Part shown: positions 1-11,087 of the stretch, one piece after another | Layout of the letters: every line of letters starts with the position of its first letter | Position numbering within the stretch: the stretch's first letter is position 1 | From: the human T2T-CHM13v2.0 reference genome, Homo sapiens | Length of the DNA: 64,000 bases | Direction: 5' to 3' (one strand) | Assembly: GCF_009914755.1 (NCBI RefSeq) | Contig: NC_060925.1 | Translations under genes and position numbers: made by a program | Notes under the pieces: generated by a model | Database searches by the model: none | What the model was told of the DNA's origin: nothing | What the model saw: only the letters and a program-made list of their open reading frames with translations

Positions 1-167
1 AGTAGAAAAGGAAATATCTTCGTAGAAAAACTAGACAGAATGATTCTCAGAAACTCCTTTGTGATGTGTGCGTTCAACTCACAGAGTTTAACCTTTCTTT
101 TCATAGAGCAGTTAGTAAACACTCTGTTTATAAAGTCTGCAAGTGGATATTCAGACCCCTTTGAGGC

Positions 168-184
168 CTTCGTTGGAAACGGGA
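168..184 (+). promoter_or_regulatory. CENP-B box (first of ~188, one per dimer, spaced ~340 bp)
   Basis: CTTCGTTGGAAACGGGA at 168-184 matches the 17-bp CENP-B box (core NTTCGNNNNANNCGGGN). It recurs at 508, 847, 1188 and onward. Boxes in dimer A end in T (…CGGGT), a non-essential position. Confidence 0.97.
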
Positions 185-209
185 TTTCTTCATATTATGC
201 TAGACAGAA

Positions 210-549
210 GAATTCTCAGTAACTTCCTTGTGTTGTGTGTATTCAACTGACAGAGTTGAACTTTCATTTAGAGAGAGCAGATTTGAAACACTGTTTTTGT
301 GGAATTTGCAAGTGGAGATTTCAAGCGCTTTGGGGCCAAAGGCAGAAAAGGAAATATCTTCGTATAAAAACTAGACAGAATCATTCTCAGAAACTGCTGC
401 GTGATGTGTGCGTTCAACTCTCAGAGTTTAACTTTTCTTTTCATTCAGCGGTTTGGAAACACTCTGTTTGTAAAGTCTGCACGTGGATATTTTGACCACT
501 TAGAGGCCTTCGTTGGAAACGGGTTTTTTTCATGTAAGGCTAGACAGAA
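210..549 (+). repeat. Dimer class A (340 bp), divergent marker dimer opening every HOR unit
   Basis: Diagnostic words TTCAACTGACAG, CTTTCATTT(A/G)GAG, TTTGGGGCCAAAGGC, TTTTGACCACTTAGAGG and GGGTTTTTTTCATGTAAGGC. There are 33 copies, tracked by the recurring 86-aa pseudo-ORF at 235, 1595, 3635 … 61420. Confidence 0.93.
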
Positions 550-888
550 GAATTCCCAGTAACTTCCTTGTGTTGTGTGCATTCAACTCACAGAGTTGAA
601 CGTTCCCTTAGACAGAGCAGATTTGAAACACTCTATTTGTGCAATTTGCAAGTGTAGATTTCAAGCGCTTTAAGGTCAACGGCAGAAAAGGAAATATCTT
701 CGTTTCAAAACTAGACAGAATCATTCCCACAAACTGCGTTGTGATGTGTTCGTTCAACTCACAGAGTTTAACCTTTCTGTTCATAGAGCAGTTAGGAAAC
801 ACTCTGTTTGTAAAGTCTGTAAGTGGATATTCTGACATCTTGTGGCCTTCGTTGGAAACGGGATTTCTTCATATTCTGCTAGACAGAA
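550..888 (+). repeat. Dimer class B (339 bp), second divergent dimer, always following A
   Basis: Diagnostic words GAATTCCCAG, CGTTCCCTTAGAC, TTTAAGGTCAACGGC, CATTCCCACAAACTGCG and TTCTGACATCTTGTGGCC (1-bp deletion before the CENP-B box). Confidence 0.93.
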
Positions 889-1569
889 GAATTCTCAGTA
901 ACTTCCTTGTGTTGTGTGTATTCAACTCACAGAGTTGAACGATCCTTTACACAGAGCAGACTTGAAACACTCTTTTTGTCGAATTTGCAAGTGGAGATTT
1001 CAGCCGCTTTGAGGTCAATGGTAGAAAAGGAAACTATCTTCATATAAAGACTAGACAGAATGATTCTCAGAAAATCTTTTGTGATGTGTGCGTTCAACTC
1101 ACAGAGTTTAACTTTTCTTCTCATAGAGCAGTTAGGAAACACTCTGTTTGTAAAGTCTGCAAGTGTATATTCAGACCTCTTTGAGGCCTTCGTTGGAAAC
1201 GGGATTTCGTCATATTATGCTAGACAGAATAATTCTCAGTAACTTCCTTGTGTTGTGTGTATTCAACTCACAGAGTTGAAGGATCCTTTACAGAGAGCAG
1301 GCTTGAAATACTCTTTTTGTCGAATTTGCAAGTGGAGATTTCAGCCGCTTTGAGGTCAATAGTAGAAAAGGAAATATCTTCGTAGAAAAACTAGACAGAA
1401 TGATTCTCAGAAACTCCTTTGTGATGTGTGTGTTCAACTCACAGAGTTTAACCTTTCTTTTCATAGAGCAGTTAGTAAACACTCTGTTTATAAAGTCTGC
1501 AAGTGGATATTCAGACCCCTTTGAGGCCTTCGTTGGAAACGGGATTTCTTCATATTCTGCTAGACAGAA

Positions 1570-3609
1570 GAATTCTCAGTAACTTCCTTGTGTTGTGTGT
1601 ATTCAACTGACAGAGTTGAACTTTCATTTGGAGAGAGCAGATTTGAAACACTGTTTTTGTGGAATTTGCAAGTGGAGATTTCAAGCGCTTTGGGGCCAAA
1701 GGCAGAAAAGGAAATATCTTCGTATAAAAACTAGACAGAATCATTCTCAGAAACTGCTGCGTGATGTGTGCGTTCAACTCTCAGAGTTTAACTTTTCTTT
1801 TCATTCAGCGGTTTGGAAACACTCTGTTTGTAAAGTCTGCACGTGGATATTTTGACCACTTAGAGGCCTTCGTTGGAAACGGGTTTTTTTCATGTAAGGC
1901 TAGACAGAAGAATTCCCAGTAACTTCCTTGTGTTGTGTGCATTCAACTCACAGAGTTGAACGTTCCCTTAGACAGAGCAGATTTGAAACACTCTATTTGT
2001 GCAATTTGCAAGTGTAGATTTCAAGCGCTTTAAGGTCAACGGCAGAAAAGGAAATATCTTCGTTTCAAAACTAGACAGAATCATTCCCACAAACTGCGTT
2101 GTGATGTGTTCGTTCAACTCACAGAGTTTAACCTTTCTGTTCATAGAGCAGTTAGGAAACACTCTGTTTGTAAAGTCTGTAAGTGGATATTCTGACATCT
2201 TGTGGCCTTCGTTGGAAACGGGATTTCTTCATATTCTGCTAGACAGAAGAATTCTCAGTAACTTCCTTGTGTTGTGTGTATTCAACTCACAGAGTTGAAC
2301 GATCCTTTACACAGAGCAGACTTGAAACACTCTTTTTGTGGAATTTGCAAGTGGAGATTTCAGCCGCTTTGAGGTCAATGGTAGAAAAGGAAACTATCTT
2401 CATATAAAGACTAGACAGAATGATTCTCAGAAAATCTTTTCTGATGTGTGCGTTCAACTCACAGAGTTTAACTTTTCTTCTCATAGAGCAGTTAGGAAAC
2501 ACTCTGTTTGTAAAGTCTGCAAGTGGATATTCAGACCTCTTTGAGGCCTTCGTTGGAAACGGGATTTCTTCATATTATGCTAGACAGAATAATTCTCAGT
2601 AACTTCCTTGTGTTGTGTGTATTCAACTCACAGAGTTGAAGGATCCTTTACAGAGAGCAGGCTTGAAACACTCTTTTTGTCGAATTTGCAAGTGGAGATT
2701 TCAGCCGCTTTGAGGTCAATGGTAGAATAGGAAATATCTTCTTATAGAAACTAGACAAAATGATTCTCATGAACTCCTTTGTGAAGTGTGCGTTCAACTC
2801 ACAGAGTTTAACCTTTCTTTTCATAGAGCAGTTAGGAAACACTCTGTTTGTAAAGTCTGCAAGTGGATATTCAGACCTCCTTGAGGCCTTCGTTGGAAAC
2901 GGGATTTCTTCATATTCTGCTAGACAGAAGAATTCTCATTAACTTCCTTGTGTTGTGTTTATTCAACTCACAGAGTTGAATGATCCTTTACACAGAGCAG
3001 ACTTGAAACACTCTTTTTGTGGAATTTGCAAGTGGAGATTTCAGCCGCTTTGAGGTCAATGGTAGAAAAGGAAATATCTTCGTATAAAGACTAGACAGAA
3101 TGATTCTCAGAAACTCCTTTGTGATGTGTGCGTTCAACTCACAGAGTTTAACCTTTCTGTTCATAGAGCAGTTAGGAAACACTCTGTTTGTAAAGTCTGC
3201 AAGTGGATATTCAGACCTCCTTGAGGCCTTCGTTGGAAACGGGATTTCTTCATATTCTGCTAGACAGAAGAATTCTCAGTAACTTCCTTGTGTTGTGTGT
3301 ATTCAACTCACAGAGTTGAACGATCCTTTACACAGAGCAGACTTGAAACACTCTTTTTGTGGAATTTGCAAGTGGAGATTTCAGCCGCTTTGAGGTCAAT
3401 AGTAGAAAAGGAAATATCTTCGTAGAAAAACTAGACAGAATGATTCTCAGAAACTCCTTTGTGATGTGTGCGTTCAACTCACAGAGTTTAACCTTTCTTT
3501 TCATAGAGCAGTTAGTAAACACTCTGTTTATAAAGTCTGCAAGTGGATATTCAGACCCCTTTGAGGCCTTCGTTGGAAACGGGATTTCTTCATATTATGC
3601 TAGACAGAA
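1570..3609 (+). repeat. 12-mer HOR A-B-C-D-E-H (2040 bp). 11 copies start at 1570, 7008, 11088, 16526, 25023, 29103, 33183, 40320, 44059, 47798, 51538
   Basis: Spacing of the A marker is 2040. C is 341 bp with AAACTATCTTCAT and CTTTTCTTCTC. D has GAGAGCAGGC and TCTTCTTATAG. E has TGTTTATTC, GAATGATCC and CTTTCTGTTC. H has AATAGTAG and GTTTATAAAG. Confidence 0.92.
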
Positions 3610-5308
3610 GAATTCTCAGTAACTTCCTTGTGTTGTGTGTATTCAACTGACAGAGTTGAACTTTCATTTAGAGAGAGCAGATTTGAAACACTGTTTTTGT
3701 GGAATTTGCAAGTGGAGATTTCAAGCGCTTTGGGGCCAAAGGCAGAAAAGGAAATATCTTCGTATAAAAACTAGACAGAATCATTCTCAGAAACTGCTGC
3801 GTGATGTGTGCGTTCAACTCTCAGAGTTTAACTTTTCTTTTCATTCAGCGGTTTGGAAACACTCTGTTTGTAAAGTCTGCACGTGGATATTTTGACCACT
3901 TAGAGGCCTTCGTTGGAAACGGGTTTTTTTCATGTAAGGCTAGACAGAAGAATTCCCAGTAACTTCCTTGTGTTGTGTGCATTCAACTCACAGAGTTGAA
4001 CGTTCCCTTAGACAGAGCAGATTTGAAACACTCTATTTGTGCAATTTGCAAGTGTAGATTTCAAGCGCTTTAAGGTCAACGGCAGAAAAGGAAATATCTT
4101 CGTTTCAAAACTAGACAGAATCATTCCCACAAACTGCGTTGTGATGTGTTCGTTCAACTCACAGAGTTTAACCTTTCTGTTCATAGAGCAGTTAGGAAAC
4201 ACTCTGTTTGTAAAGTCTGTAAGTGGATATTCTGACATCTTGTGGCCTTCGTTGGAAACGGGATTTCTTCATATTCTGCTAGACAGAAGAATTCTCAGTA
4301 ACTTCCTTGTGTTGTGTGTATTCAACTCACAGAGTTGAACGATCCTTTACACAGAGCAGACTTGAAACACTCTTTTTGTGGAATTTGCAAGTGGAGATTT
4401 CAGCCGCTTTGAGGTCAATGGTAGAAAAGGAAATATCTTCGTATAAAGACTAGACAGAATGATTCTCAGAAACTCCTTTGTGATGTGTGCGTTCAACTCA
4501 CAGAGTTTAACTTTTCTTTTCAAAGAGCAGTTAGGAAACACTCTCTTTGTAAAGTCTGCAAGTGGATATTCAGACCTCTTTGAGGCCTTCGTTGGAAACG
4601 GGATTTCTTCATATTCTGCTAGACAGAAGAATTCTCAGTAACTTCCTTGTGTTGTGTGTATTCAACTCACAGAGTTGAACGATCCTTTACACAGAGCAGA
4701 CTTGAAACATTCTTTTTGTGGAATTTGCAAGTGGAGATTTCAGCCGCTTTGAGGTCAATGGTAGAATAGGAAATATCTTCCTATAGAAACTAGACAGAAC
4801 GATTCTCAGAAACTCCGTTGTGATGTGTGCGTTCAACTCACAGAGTTTAACCTTTCTTTTCATAGAGCAGTTAGGAAACACTCTGTTTGTAAAGTCTGCA
4901 AGTGGATATTCAGACCTCTTTGAGGCCTTCGTTGGAAACGGGATTTCTTCCTATTCTGCTAGACAGAAGAATTCTCAGTAACTTCCTTGTGTTGTGTGTA
5001 TTCAACTCACAGAGTTGAACGATCCTTTACACAGAGCAGACTTGAAACACTCTTTTTGTGGAATTTGCAAGTGGAGATTTCAGCCGCTTTGAGGTCAATA
5101 GTAGAAAAGGAAATATCTTCGTAGAAAAACTAGACAGAATGATTCTCAGAAACTCCTTTGTGATGTGTGTGTTCAACTCACAGAGTTTAACCTTTCTTTT
5201 CATAGAGCAGTTAGTAAACACTCTGTTTATAAAGTCTGCAAGTGGATATTCAGACCCCTTTGAGGCCTTCGTTGGAAACGGGATTTCTTCATATTCTGCT
5301 AGACAGAA
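3610..5308 (+). repeat. 10-mer HOR A-B-F-G-H (1699 bp). 12 copies start at 3610, 5309, 13128, 14827, 18566, 20265, 23324, 35223, 36922, 38621, 42360, 46099
   Basis: Spacing of the A marker is 1699. F has TTTTCAAAGAGC and CTCTCTTTGT. G has AAACATTC, CCTATAG, AACGATTC, CTCCGTTGTG and TTCCTATTC. Confidence 0.92.
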
Positions 5309-8300
5309 GAATTCTCAGTAACTTCCTTGTGTTGTGTGTATTCAACTGACAGAGTTGAACTTTCATTTGGAGAGAGCAGATTTGAAACACTGTTTTTGTG
5401 GAATTTGCAAGTGGAGATTTCAAGCGCTTTGGGGCCAAAGGCAGAAAAGGAAATATCTTCGTATAAAAACTAGACAGAATCATTCTCAGAAACTGCTGCG
5501 TGATGTGTGCGTTCAACTCTCAGAGTTTAACTTTTCTTTTCATTCAGCGGTTTGGAAACACTCTGTTTGTAAAGTCTGCACGTGGATATTTTGACCACTT
5601 AGAGGCCTTCGTTGGAAACGGGTTTTTTTCATGTAAGGCTAGACAGAAGAATTCCCAGTAACTTCCTTGTGTTGTGTGCATTCAACTCACAGAGTTGAAC
5701 GTTCCCTTAGACAGAGCAGATTTGAAACACTCTATTTGTGCAATTTGCAAGTGTAGATTTCAAGCGCTTTAAGGTCAACGGCAGAAAAGGAAATATCTTC
5801 GTTTCAAAACTAGACAGAATCATTCCCACAAACTGCGTTGTGATGTGTTCGTTCAACTCACAGAGTTTAACCTTTCTGTTCATAGAGCAGTTAGGAAACA
5901 CTCTGTTTGTAAAGTCTGTAAGTGGATATTCTGACATCTTGTGGCCTTCGTTGGAAACGGGATTTCTTCATATTCTGCTAGACAGAAGAATTCTCAGTAA
6001 CTTCCTTGTGTTGTGTGTATTCAACTCACAGAGTTGAACGATCCTTTACACAGAGCAGACTTGAAACACTCTTTTTGTGGAATTTGCAAGTGGAGATTTC
6101 AGCCGCTTTGAGGTCAATGGTAGAAAAGGAAATATCTTCGTATAAAGACTAGACAGAATGATTCTCAGAAACTCCTTTGTGATGTGTGCGTTCAACTCAC
6201 AGAGTTTAACTTTTCTTTTCAAAGAGCAGTTAGGAAACACTCTCTTTGTAAAGTCTGCAAGTGGATATTCAGACCTCTTTGAGGCCTTCGTTGGAAACGG
6301 GATTTCTTCATATTCTGCTAGACAGAAGAATTCTCAGTAACTTCCTTGTGTTGTGTGTATTCAACTCACAGAGTTGAACGATCCTTTACACAGAGCAGAC
6401 TTGAAACATTCTTTTTGTGGAATTTGCAAGTGGAGATTTCAGCCGCTTTGAGGTCAATGTTAGAATAGGAAATATCTTCCTATAGAAACTAGACAGAACG
6501 ATTCTCAGAAACTCCGTTGTGATGTGTGCGTTCAACTCACAGAGTTTAACCTTTCTTTTCATAGAGCAGTTAGGAAACACTCTGTTTGTAAAGTCTGCAA
6601 GTGGATATTCAGACCTCCTTGAGGCCTTCGTTGGAAACGGGATTTCTTCATATTCTGCTAGACAGAAGAATTCTCAGTAACTTCCTTGTGTTGTGTGTAT
6701 TCAACTCACAGAGTTGAACGATCCTTTACACAGAGCAGACTTGAAACACTCTTTTTGTGGAATTTGCAAGTGGAGATTTCAGCCGCTTTGAGGTCAATAG
6801 TAGAAAAGGAAATATCTTCGTAGAAAAACTAGACAGAATGATTCTCAGAAACTCCTTTGTGATGTGTGTGTTCAACTCACAGAGTTTAACCTTTCTTTTC
6901 ATAGAGCAGTTAGTAAACACTCTGTTTATAAAGTCTGCAAGTGGATATTCAGACCCCTTTGAGGCCTTCGTTGGAAACGGGATTTCTTCATATTCTGCTA
7001 GACAGAAGAATTCTCAGTAACTTCCTTGTGTTGTGTGTATTCAACTGACAGAGTTGAACTTTCATTTGGAGAGAGCAGATTTGAAACACTGTTTTTGTGG
7101 AATTTGCAAGTGGAGATTTCAAGCGCTTTGGGGCCAAAGGCAGAAAAGGAAATATCTTCGTATAAAAACTAGACAGAATCATTCTCAGAAACTGCTGCGT
7201 GATGTGTGCGTTCAACTCTCAGAGTTTAACTTTTCTTTTCATTCAGCGGTTTGGAAACACTCTGTTTGTAAAGTCTGCACGTGGATATTTTGACCACTTA
7301 GAGGCCTTCGTTGGAAACGGGTTTTTTTCATGTAAGGCTAGACAGAAGAATTCCCAGTAACTTCCTTGTGTTGTGTGCATTCAACTCACAGAGTTGAACG
7401 TTCCCTTAGACAGAGCAGATTTGAAACACTCTATTTGTGCAATTTGCAAGTGTAGATTTCAAGCGCTTTAAGGTCAACGGCAGAAAAGGAAATATCTTCG
7501 TTTCAAAACTAGACAGAATCATTCCCACAAACTGCGTTGTGATGTGTTCGTTCAACTCACAGAGTTTAACCTTTCTGTTCATAGAGCAGTTAGGAAACAC
7601 TCTGTTTGTAAAGTCTGTAAGTGGATATTCTGACATCTTGTGGCCTTCGTTGGAAACGGGATTTCTTCATATTCTGCTAGACAGAAGAATTCTCAGTAAC
7701 TTCCTTGTGTTGTGTGTATTCAACTCACAGAGTTGAACGATCCTTTACACAGAGCAGACTTGAAACACTCTTTTTGTCGAATTTGCAAGTGGAGATTTCA
7801 GCCGCTTTGAGGTCAATGGTAGAAAAGGAAACTATCTTCATATAAAGACTAGACAGAATGATTCTCAGAAAATCTTTTGTGATGTGTGCGTTCAACTCAC
7901 AGAGTTTAACTTTTCTTCTCATAGAGCAGTTAGGAAACACTCTGTTTGTAAAGTCTGCAAGTGTATATTCAGACCTCTTTGAGGCCTTCGTTGGAAACGG
8001 GATTTCTTCATATTATGCTAGACAGAATAATTCTCAGTAACTTCCTTGTGTTGTGTGTATTCAACTCACAGAGTTGAAGGATCCTTTACAGAGAGCAGGC
8101 TTGAAACACTCTTTTTGTCGAATTTGCAAGTGGAGATTTCAGCCGCTTTGAGGTCAATGGTAGAATAGGAAATATCTTCTTATAGAAACTAGACAAAATG
8201 ATTCTCATGAACTCCTTTGTGAAGTGTGCGTTCAACTCACAGAGTTTAACCTTTCTTTTCATAGAGCAGTTAGGAAACACTCTGTTTGTAAAGTCTGCAA

Positions 8301-9047
8301 GTGGATATTCAGACCTCCTTGAGGCCTTCGTTGGAAACGGGATTTCTTCATATTCTGCTAGACAGAAGAATTCTCATTAACTTCCTTGTGTTGTGTTTAT
8401 TCAACTCACAGAGTTGAATGATCCTTTACACAGAGCAGACTTGAAACACTCTTTTTGTGGAATTTGCAAGTGGAGATTTCAGCCGCTTTGAGGTCAATGG
8501 TAGAAAAGGAAATATCTTCGTATAAAGACTAGACAGAATGATTCTCAGAAACTCCTTTGTGATGTGTGCGTTCAACTCACAGAGTTTAACCTTTCTGTTC
8601 ATAGAGCAGTTAGGAAACACTCTGTTTGTAAAGTCTGCAAGTGGATATTCAGACCTCCTTGAGGCCTTCGTTGGAAACGGGATTTCTTCATATTCTGCTA
8701 GACAGAAGAATTCTCAGTAACTTCCTTGTGTTGTGTGTATTCAACTCACAGAGTTGAACGATCCTTTACACAGAGCAGACTTGAAACACTCTTTTTGTGG
8801 AATTTGCAAGTGGAGATTTCAGCCGCTTTGAGGTCAATAGTAGAAAAGGAAATATCTTCGTAGAAAAACTAGACAGAATGATTCTCAGAAACTCCTTTGT
8901 GATGTGTGCGTTCAACTCACAGAGTTTAACCTTTCTTTTCATAGAGCAGTTAGTAAACACTCTGTTTATAAAGTCTGCAAGTGGATATTCAGACCCCTTT
9001 GAGGCCTTCGTTGGAAACGGGATTTCTTCATATTATGCTAGACAGAA

Positions 9048-11087
9048 GAATTCTCAGTAACTTCCTTGTGTTGTGTGTATTCAACTGACAGAGTTGAACT
9101 TTCATTTAGAGAGAGCAGATTTGAAACACTGTTTTTGTGGAATTTGCAAGTGGAGATTTCAAGCGCTTTGGGGCCAAAGGCAGAAAAGGAAATATCTTCG
9201 TATAAAAACTAGACAGAATCATTCTCAGAAACTGCTGCGTGATGTGTGCGTTCAACTCTCAGAGTTTAACTTTTCTTTTCATTCAGCGGTTTGGAAACAC
9301 TCTGTTTGTAAAGTCTGCACGTGGATATTTTGACCACTTAGAGGCCTTCGTTGGAAACGGGTTTTTTTCATGTAAGGCTAGACAGAAGAATTCCCAGTAA
9401 CTTCCTTGTGTTGTGTGCATTCAACTCACAGAGTTGAACGTTCCCTTAGACAGAGCAGATTTGAAACACTCTATTTGTGCAATTTGCAAGTGTAGATTTC
9501 AAGCGCTTTAAGGTCAACGGCAGAAAAGGAAATATCTTCGTTTCAAAACTAGACAGAATCATTCCCACAAACTGCGTTGTGATGTGTTCGTTCAACTCAC
9601 AGAGTTTAACCTTTCTGTTCATAGAGCAGTTAGGAAACACTCTGTTTGTAAAGTCTGTAAGTGGATATTCTGACATCTTGTGGCCTTCGTTGGAAACGGG
9701 ATTTCTTCATATTCTGCTAGACAGAAGAATTCTCAGTAACTTCCTTGTGTTGTGTGTATTCAACTCACAGAGTTGAACGATCCTTTACACAGAGCAGACT
9801 TGAAACACTCTTTTTGTCGAATTTGCAAGTGGAGATTTCAGCCGCTTTGAGGTCAATGGTAGAAAAGGAAACTATCTTCATATAAAGACTAGACAGAATG
9901 ATTCTCAGAAAATCTTTTGTGATGTGTGCGTTCAACTCACAGAGTTTAACTTTTCTTCTCATAGAGCAGTTAGGAAACACTCTGTTTGTAAAGTCTGCAA
10001 GTGTATATTCAGACCTCTTTGAGGCCTTCGTTGGAAACGGGATTTCGTCATATTATGCTAGACAGAATAATTCTCAGTAACTTCCTTGTGTTGTGTGTAT
10101 TCAACTCACAGAGTTGAAGGATCCTTTACAGAGAGCAGGCTTGAAATACTCTTTTTGTCGAATTTGCAAGTGGAGATTTCAGCCGCTTTGAGGTCAATGG
10201 TAGAATAGGAAATATCTTCTTATAGAAACTAGACAAAATGATTCTCATGAACTCCTTTGTGATGTGTGCGTTCAACTCACAGAGTTTAACCTTTCTTTTC
10301 ATAGAGCAGTTAGGAAACACTCTGTTTGTAAAGTCTGCAAGTGGATATTCAGACCTCCTTGAGGCCTTCGTTGGAAACGGGATTTCTTCATATTCTGCTA
10401 GACAGAAGAATTCTCATTAACTTCCTTGTGTTGTGTTTATTCAACTCACAGAGTTGAATGATCCTTTACACAGAGCAGACTTGAAACACTCTTTTTGTGG
10501 AATTTGCAAGTGGAGATTTCAGCCGCTTTGAGGTCAATGGTAGAATAGGAAATATCTTCCTATAGAAACTAGACAGAACGATTCTCAGAAACTCCGTTGT
10601 GATGTGTGCGTTCAACTCACAGAGTTTAACCTTTCTTTTCATAGAGCAGTTAGGAAACACTCTGTTTGTAAAGTCTGCAAGTGGATATTCAGACCTCTTT
10701 GAGGCCTTCGTTGGAAACGGGATTTCTTCCTATTCTGCTAGACAGAAGAATTCTCAGTAACTTCCTTGTGTTGTGTGTATTCAACTCACAGAGTTGAACG
10801 ATCCTTTACACAGAGCAGACTTGAAACACTCTTTTTGTGGAATTTGCAAGTGGAGATTTCAGCCGCTTTGAGGTCAATAGTAGAAAAGGAAATATCTTCG
10901 TAGAAAAACTAGACAGAATGATTCTCAGAAACTCCTTTGTGATGTGTGTGTTCAACTCACAGAGTTTAACCTTTCTTTTCATAGAGCAGTTAGTAAACAC
11001 TCTGTTTATAAAGTCTGCAAGTGGATATTCAGACCCCTTTGAGGCCTTCGTTGGAAACGGGATTTCTTCATATTCTGCTAGACAGAA
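9048..11087 (+). repeat. Alternative 12-mer A-B-C-D-E/G-H (2040 bp). Copies start at 9048, 27063, 31143
   Basis: The fifth dimer has an E head (TGTTTATTC, GAATGATCC, AAACACTC at 10489) and a G body (TAGAATAGG from 10546, CCTATAG, CTCCGTTGTG). Confidence 0.88.

Larger units (their letters stand above)
210..1569 (+). repeat. 8-mer HOR variant A-B-C-D/H (1360 bp)
   Basis: The fourth dimer has a D head (AGGATCC, GAGAGCAGGC, GTCGAATT to 1321) and an H body (AATAGTAG from 1361, AGTTAGTAAAC, GACCCCT). Confidence 0.88.

Noticed and set aside
508-535. GGGTTTTTTT as an intrinsic or Pol III terminator
   Set aside because: There is no upstream GC-rich hairpin or recognisable Pol III gene. It is a fixed variant of dimer A.
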